Shown in pieces: positions 58,432 to 64,000 of a DNA stretch of 64,000 nt. A program made the position numbers and the translations under genes. Below the pieces are notes generated by a model that saw only the letters and a list, made by a program, of their open reading frames with translations, did not search any database and had not been told where the DNA came from. Origin of the DNA: Rebecca billardiae RCC1528. Its lineage: Eukaryota > Protista > Haptophyta. The stretch spans positions 1,054,001 to 1,118,000 of the forward strand of contig OZ251223.1 in assembly GCA_965240325.2 (NCBI GenBank), in the 5' to 3' direction. Every line of letters begins with the position of its first letter. Position 1 is the first letter of the stretch.

Positions 58432-59841
58432 CTACGCCACCAGGAGGTTGTGTCCGTTGTGATACCGATGCCGATGGCTTGTGTTTGCCGAGCGGGAGGC
58501 CGCCTCCTCCGCGGCGACCGCGGCGGCGGCGGCGGCCGGGCTGAGCACACCCGCGTTCGGAGACACGCGCACCGGCGGCCTGCACTCGTCGCTTTCGAGC
58601 TGGGCGAACGTCAGCTGCCCCAGGCGCACGCCGCGCCGGATCGAGCACAGAATCGCATACGCCGTCGAGTAAGTCTCCTGGCACTCTGCCCATTTGTGAA
58701 CAATCGCGATCGGCGCGCGCGGTGTGCCGCGCGCGTGGAGCAGCTTCACAAGTGACGGTACGGCGGGACGCGTCCGGCCCGTGTCGCGGAGCAGCAGCCC
58801 GACCTGCTTGCACATCGGCGTGACACGCTCCGACAACGCCCGCCGCCGCACGTACTTGTTCAGCGTCACGGCGGCGCCGCCGGCGTCGAAGTGATCGAAC
58901 AGACGCACGCGCCCGCCGTACGGCGAGTGCGAGTGCGTCCCGATCTCGCGCAACCTGGCGCGCCAGATCATGTGGTTGAGGGGCGGCTGGTCGTTCCTGT
59001 AGCAGCTCAGGTTGGCCGGCTTGCTCGGCATCGGCGCCAGCGCCACCTCCGCCGCCTCGCAGAAGCGCAAGAGCTGCGCGGCCGCACCGAAGACAGTGCC
59101 CGTGCACACGTTCGGCTGGAACGTGCGTACCGTGCCGTTCCTGAGGTGCATGTCTTTGCAGTCCTCCCGGCTGATGCACCGCTTCACCTCCTGGTCACAG
59201 TGCTGGTGCCACGAGTCCGCGAAGAAGTGCAGCTCGCCCTCCGGCGGCGGCTCGTCCGCGCCGTCGCCAAAGTGCGCAAAGGGGTGAGCCTGGAACACCA
59301 CATCGCGTGCGTCGAGCAGCCATGCGTGCGTCACGTGCGGCCGGGCGCGCAGCCAGCGCGCGTACACGCCGAATCGCGCGAGGTTGAGCGAGCCCGTCCA
59401 GAAGCGCAGCGCAACCTCGGGTCGACCGCTCGCACGCACCGCGGCCGTCGGCGCACGCCGGTGGCCCGCCGCCACCGCTGCGCGCGCTGCCTCGTCACAC
59501 GGCGACGCGTCCGCAGTCACTCTATGAGCGCGCATGAAGTCCACCTCGCGTGCAGCATCCGCGCGCACGGCAAAGACGATCTCGCCGGCGTAGCCCGTCC
59601 CGCGAAGCGACACGACGAACGGCGCGAGGTGTGGCGCGAGGTAGTTGCAAGCCATCGAGAGAACGACGTACCGCGCATCCGATGTGGACCCGCGGCCGGT
59701 GCCGACGGCGACACCGGCCTTGCGACTATCATCCACAGCACCGCATGCCGTGGACAGCGACAGCAGCAGAGCGAGGCGCACCTGGCGGCGGCAGCCGGTG
59801 GTGCGTCGCGCTTCGTGTCGTCTGCTGCCACCCGGATCCAT
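58432..59841 (-). CDS. Putative GT-A glycosyltransferase-like secreted/type II protein
   Basis: N-terminal hydrophobic segment; PFVVSLRGTGYAGEIV, ARFGVYARWL, LLDARDVVFQAHPF, CTGTVFG, NDQPPLN, IVH. Confidence 0.7.
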   Translation of the reverse strand: MDPGGSRRHEARRTTGCRRQVRLALLLSLSTACGAVDDSRKAGVAVGTGRGSTSDARYVVLSMACNYLAPHLAPFVVSLRGTGYAGEIVFAVRADAAREVDFMRAHRVTADASPCDEAARAAVAAGHRRAPTAAVRASGRPEVALRFWTGSLNLARFGVYARWLRARPHVTHAWLLDARDVVFQAHPFAHFGDGADEPPPEGELHFFADSWHQHCDQEVKRCISREDCKDMHLRNGTVRTFQPNVCTGTVFGAAAQLLRFCEAAEVALAPMPSKPANLSCYRNDQPPLNHMIWRARLREIGTHSHSPYGGRVRLFDHFDAGGAAVTLNKYVRRRALSERVTPMCKQVGLLLRDTGRTRPAVPSLVKLLHARGTPRAPIAIVHKWAECQETYSTAYAILCSIRRGVRLGQLTFAQLESDECRPPVRVSPNAGVLSPAAAAAAVAAEEAASRSANTSHRHRYHNGHNLLVA

Positions 59842-61222
59842 GGTGGGTTTGCATGGGTTTCATCATGGTGCGTGGACGCGTGGTCCGGGCTCCGGGCGCG
59901 CGTGAGTAGTCGGGTTTTCCCGATGATGGCGGCCGAGGTTCATGCATGGCCGCGGCCGCCATCGGCGAGCCCGCTGCGCCCGCACCGGCTGCTTCGTCGC
60001 GAGTGCTCGACGGAGCGCGCTGCTAAAATACGCGCGCCGGTGCATCGGCGTGGCGCGTGCCGTCGCCAGCGGCGCGGCGCGCTCGTGCTCCGCCCGAGGA
60101 GGGGGCCAAAACTTAATCACTTCTCACTGCTTCTCCACTCTGTTGATCTAGGTGTGGATCCTGCTCAGGAACCACACACATGGATCGGGCGCACGGCCCT
60201 ACTGTAACTAGTTGTCTGTACAGTATGTTGTCCGATTCACGAATCACGGTAATAATCACGCGGCGGCTCGTGAGCAGCCACTGCTAGTAGTGAGTCACGT
60301 GTCACTCGACGTGAGTGCCACAGCCGGCGTGAATCGGCGTCGGTAAGAAGACTTAATCAGTAGGTCCTGAGTTCTGCATGCACAAGTGCCACATTGCCCC
60401 GCGGCTAGTGCGACGACAGAGTCACGCACGCCACGAGCAGGCGGCGTCATTATAAGCACGAATGATAATCGTAGCTGCGCCGATGCTGTGAGTGTGAGCC
60501 GTGAGGACGATGAGCAATGAGAGTGACGGACTCAGCGCTCAGCGCAAGATGTCATGATGGAGAGCGTTATGAAGCTAGGCACGCATATATTCAGCTGCTG
60601 ACAGCTGAACGTCGCCCGACTGACGACTCGCTCGACAGACTGATGCTGGTAGTGCAACTACGACGGCTCGGACGATGCTTCTGACTCTGAGGAGAAGTCG
60701 TCTGATGTCTGAGTGATGATCATGCAGAATATGGCATCGGGTACATATGTCCAGCCCGCAGTGGCCGACCTGCGGCTGCGGCGTCATTGAGAGTATTGAG
60801 ACATTGTACTTGTAATCCGGATCAGAGCCGTGGCGGATTGACTGAATAGTGAATCAGCGCAACGTCAGTCATGCAATATGAGCAGGCCCAAAAACCATCA
60901 TTATTAATATTACTACAGTCCGTCACGTCCCGACCGTCCCGAGAGTCGGCTGATTGCAGTAGTGCAGCAGTTGCCGCTAATGCTCATCATGCACTATATA
61001 TAAGTTCGTTATCAGCATGCAGCAATACCAGTGACGAGTCTTAAGCAGAGCAGCAGTGACGGAGCTCCGCCGTGGGCCTCCCGCCCCTGCGGCGAGGAGC
61101 AGCTGCTCGGGCAGGGCCTGATCGGACGCACCCAGCCAGGGTCCCCAGAAATCAGAATGCGCCCGCCACCATGCGGCATGATGCCCTCGCCCACAACCGG
61201 GCGCCGCCGCCGCCGCGGAGCC

Positions 61223-62080
61223 TTAGCCTCCGCGTCGACGGTGCAAGTGCAGGTTCTCCTGACTGTTCCGCGACGAATCACGTGAGCGGCCGCGGTGGCG
61301 CCCAGCTGTTGAGCCCTCCGCCCTTGTCGATGCGGCTGGCGACGGCACCACATCGTCCTGGCGAACATGCGATAGGCCCTTGTTGTGATTGTAGTGGCCC
61401 CAGCACTCCTTCCGCATTCCCGGGATGCGCGCCGCCAAGATCTCGCCCACGTTGGGCCCCAAAGGTGCCTCGACGTACGGATGCGAAGGGTGCGACCGAG
61501 CGAATGCACGCACGTACTCTGTATGCGCATCGTAGAACTCTGTCAGGTTGTCGTCACCGACGTGCAGCTGGGGGCAGATGTCGCGGAGCCGCGCGGCGAG
61601 CGAACCGCTTGTAGCGACCGGGGAGTCCTCTGGCGTCGCAGATCGGGGAGGCCATGAGCGCACGCTCCGGCGCCACGCACTTGAGTTGCGCACGATGTGG
61701 ACGAGGATGGCGTCTGGGGCGTACGCGTGCAGCAAGTCCAGGTGGCGCTGGGGAAAGAAGCAGCCTTCGACCGGCTCGACCACGGCCAGTCCAGTGAACG
61801 CGCGGAACGAGCCACACCCGGCAAGGATGGGCCGATCTTGTCGCACATTCTCTAGCGCACATGCCCCACAAAACGGCTTGCTTCGGGCGGGCACGGGCAT
61901 CGTGCCATCGTGCGGCTCAGGCCCACAGGTCCAGTGCGAGGACGACACGTTGTTGCACAGGAAGAACTCGAAAAGGCTCGTTGATCCCACCTTCGGGAGC
62001 CCGACGTACACGATGAGCGGCTCGTCAGGCGACGCCGACATGGCGAGCACAGCAGCCGCGGCAGCTGCCAACGCCATCAT
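61223..62080 (-). CDS. Sulfotransferase-like (P-loop) secreted protein
   Basis: Signal peptide; IVYVGLPKVGSTSLFEFF (5'-PSB-like), SHW.C..CG.C, CFFPQ, R...W..SV..W, FYDAH.EYVRAF. Confidence 0.75.
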   Translation of the reverse strand: MMALAAAAAAVLAMSASPDEPLIVYVGLPKVGSTSLFEFFLCNNVSSSHWTCGPEPHDGTMPVPARSKPFCGACALENVRQDRPILAGCGSFRAFTGLAVVEPVEGCFFPQRHLDLLHAYAPDAILVHIVRNSSAWRRSVRSWPPRSATPEDSPVATSGSLAARLRDICPQLHVGDDNLTEFYDAHTEYVRAFARSHPSHPYVEAPLGPNVGEILAARIPGMRKECWGHYNHNKGLSHVRQDDVVPSPAASTRAEGSTAGRHRGRSRDSSRNSQENLHLHRRRGG

Positions 62081-62179
62081 CTCGACCACCCTTGTCTGCT
62101 CTCGAAGGCTCGTGGTAGTATGGGGTAACCTACTAACTTTCCAACTTACTAATCTGCAGCCGCACCGGCTGAGCCGGAT

Positions 62180-63312
62180 CAAGGGCGGTAAGGGCTGTCA
62201 ACTCCCAGTGGCGGCAGTGGAAGAGGTTGGTCGCCGCTTCGCTGCTGCGCGGCCTCGCTCCAGCGACTAACTCTCGTGGGCGCCCGCCCTGGGGGGCGAG
62301 TGGGGCGCGCACGGCGCGAGCTCCTGTGGCCGTGTACGCGCGCGCGGAGGCGGCGCGCGTGGCTGGGCAGGTGCTAAGGAGTGTATGTCGCCCTCCCACG
62401 CCGCGCGCCTTGCTCGCCGCCGCTTTCGCCGCGCCTCAGGCCAGCGCGCACGCGTGCGCCGCCTCCAGAGCCAGCCTCGGGCAATCGGCAGCCGCCCGCG
62501 CATGTGTGGTGCGCGGTCTGGTCGGCGCGAGTCGGTCGGGGCCATCGGGCGAGGCTCGCATACTATAGACGCGCGCCATGCCGCCTCGCGCCGCCGCGCA
62601 TGGGCCCGGTCCCATCCCGTGAAGCTGTTGAAGGAAGCTGATCGATGAATGCACGACAAGCAGAAATGAGCTCGAATACGTGACAGTGAGCGCACATGCG
62701 CGTGATAGGCGGCCGCATTGGGCGCTTGTACGGCGTCCTATGAGTGCATTGCCCCGCTCTTCATCGCCTGCGCGCGTCTATTGTGCTCTCCAGCGTCTCC
62801 ATGAGCGTCCAAACATGAGCATTTTCGCATTCGTGCTGCAGTTCGTGTCAGACCTAAGATGCTTGCGTGTCGACCCATGACAACCCACGCGCGGCGGCGC
62901 GAGGCGGCATGGCGCGCGTCTATAGTATGCGAGCCTCGCCCGATGGCCCCGACCGACTCGCGCCGACCAGACCGCGCACCACACATGCGCGGGCGGCTGC
63001 CGATTGCCCGAGGCTGGCTCTGGAGGCGGCGCACGCGTGCGCGCTGGCCTGAGGCGCGGCGAAAGCGGCGGCGAGCAAGGCGCGCGGCGTGGGAGGGCGA
63101 CATGCACTCCTTAGCACCTGCCCAGCCACGCGCGCCGCCTCCGCGCGCGCGTACACGGCCACAGGAGCTCGCGCCGTGCGCGCCCCACTCGCCCCCCAGG
63201 GCGGGCGCCCACGAGAGTTAGTCGCTGGAGCGAGGCCGCGCAGCGACGAAGCGGCGACCAACCTCTGGCGCTGCCGCCACTGGTCAGGAGTTGACAGCCC
63301 TTACCGCCCTTG
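62180..63312. mobile_element. Foldback (P/Galileo-like) non-autonomous element with ~425-bp TIRs and 7-bp TSD
   Basis: Arms 62180-62604 and 62884-63312 are near-perfect reverse complements. Termini CAAGG...CCTTG. GCCGGAT at 62173-62179 and 63313-63319. Confidence 0.85.
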
Positions 63313-64000
63313 GCCGGATCCACAGTGAACGTCCGGGCAAAACGGGCGCGCCACAGGCCGCACATGAAGGCACGCGGCTCGCCTCGCGCTCAGGCGCCGT
63401 ACCAAAAGGCAGTCGCCCGAGCCATCGGCTCCATGGCTGCCGAGCCAGCGGGGGAGCGCACGAGCGCGTTTTCTTCATCGGAAGCCCGACTGGGCCAGCC
63501 CAAACCAGCGCCTTTGGCGGGCTTGGGCAGGCACCTGAGTCGGGCCTCCCCGGTCTCACCTAACTTCCCATGCATCATCAAGTCAGTGGTCAGGCGCAAG
63601 CGAGCGTCGCACTGCTAAAAGCCTATAAGTTCATCAGCACAGCTGCTGTCATGGCGCTAGGCCAGGCTGCCAGATTAGTGGTCCGGGCCGGGCTTCCTGA
63701 CCAGCTCTCGAGCAAGGGGACTCCCCTCGGCCTTGTCTCGAGCGGCCAGCGCGACATCACTCCGAAGTTTTCCGGCTGAGCGCCGGGCGGCGTCGGCGGC
63801 GAGGGCGAGTGCTCCGCTGGCGGGGCGCGCACGGGGCACGGCGCAGCGGGCGCGGATGTGCCCGCAGAGCCGGCGCGTGCGGACGGGCTGTTGCGGGAGA
63901 GAATCTGGCGCCCTCCTGCGCCGCGCGTCTTGCGCCACGCCTCTTTCGCCTCGGCTCAGGGCAGCGCGCATGTGCGCGCCGCCTCAAGGCCAGCCTTGCC

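Overview
This is a eukaryotic, very GC-rich, gene-dense window. Its spliceosomal introns are short (about 90-165 bp, GT-AG, donors often GTGCGC), and genes are separated by AT-richer, degenerate spacers. The style suggests a haptophyte alga (Pavlovales-like), but that is an inference. About 20 protein genes can be supported. (1) A 5'-truncated giant extensin-like/PKD1-REJ surface protein with a C-type lectin and one in-frame TAA. (2) Two tandem multi-pass membrane receptors that each end in an intron-split TIR/HET-like domain with an intact WCxxE motif; one has a PA-7TM-TIR architecture. (3) Enzymes: a PLP Ser/Thr dehydratase, a P-loop kinase, a Gfo/Idh/MocA dehydrogenase, an FKBP, a cyclase-family protein, PIMT, TRMT11, a secreted thioredoxin, two glycosyltransferase-like proteins and a sulfotransferase-like protein. 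(4) Others: a bestrophin, an SLC35A transporter, a PARP-like/TLDc protein, an ARM protein, CCT8 and a double-chromodomain/Zn-finger/WD40 (TFIIIC-like) fusion. Mobile DNA includes a 3.3-kb composite element in which two apparently identical 794-bp TIR-bounded units flank a cargo, with a TA target duplication only at the outer ends. There is also a P/Galileo-like foldback element with a 7-bp TSD and some decayed MITE-like elements. The best candidates for a new system are the membrane-TIR receptor pair and the composite transposon. All calls were made by eye from motifs; no database searches were run.
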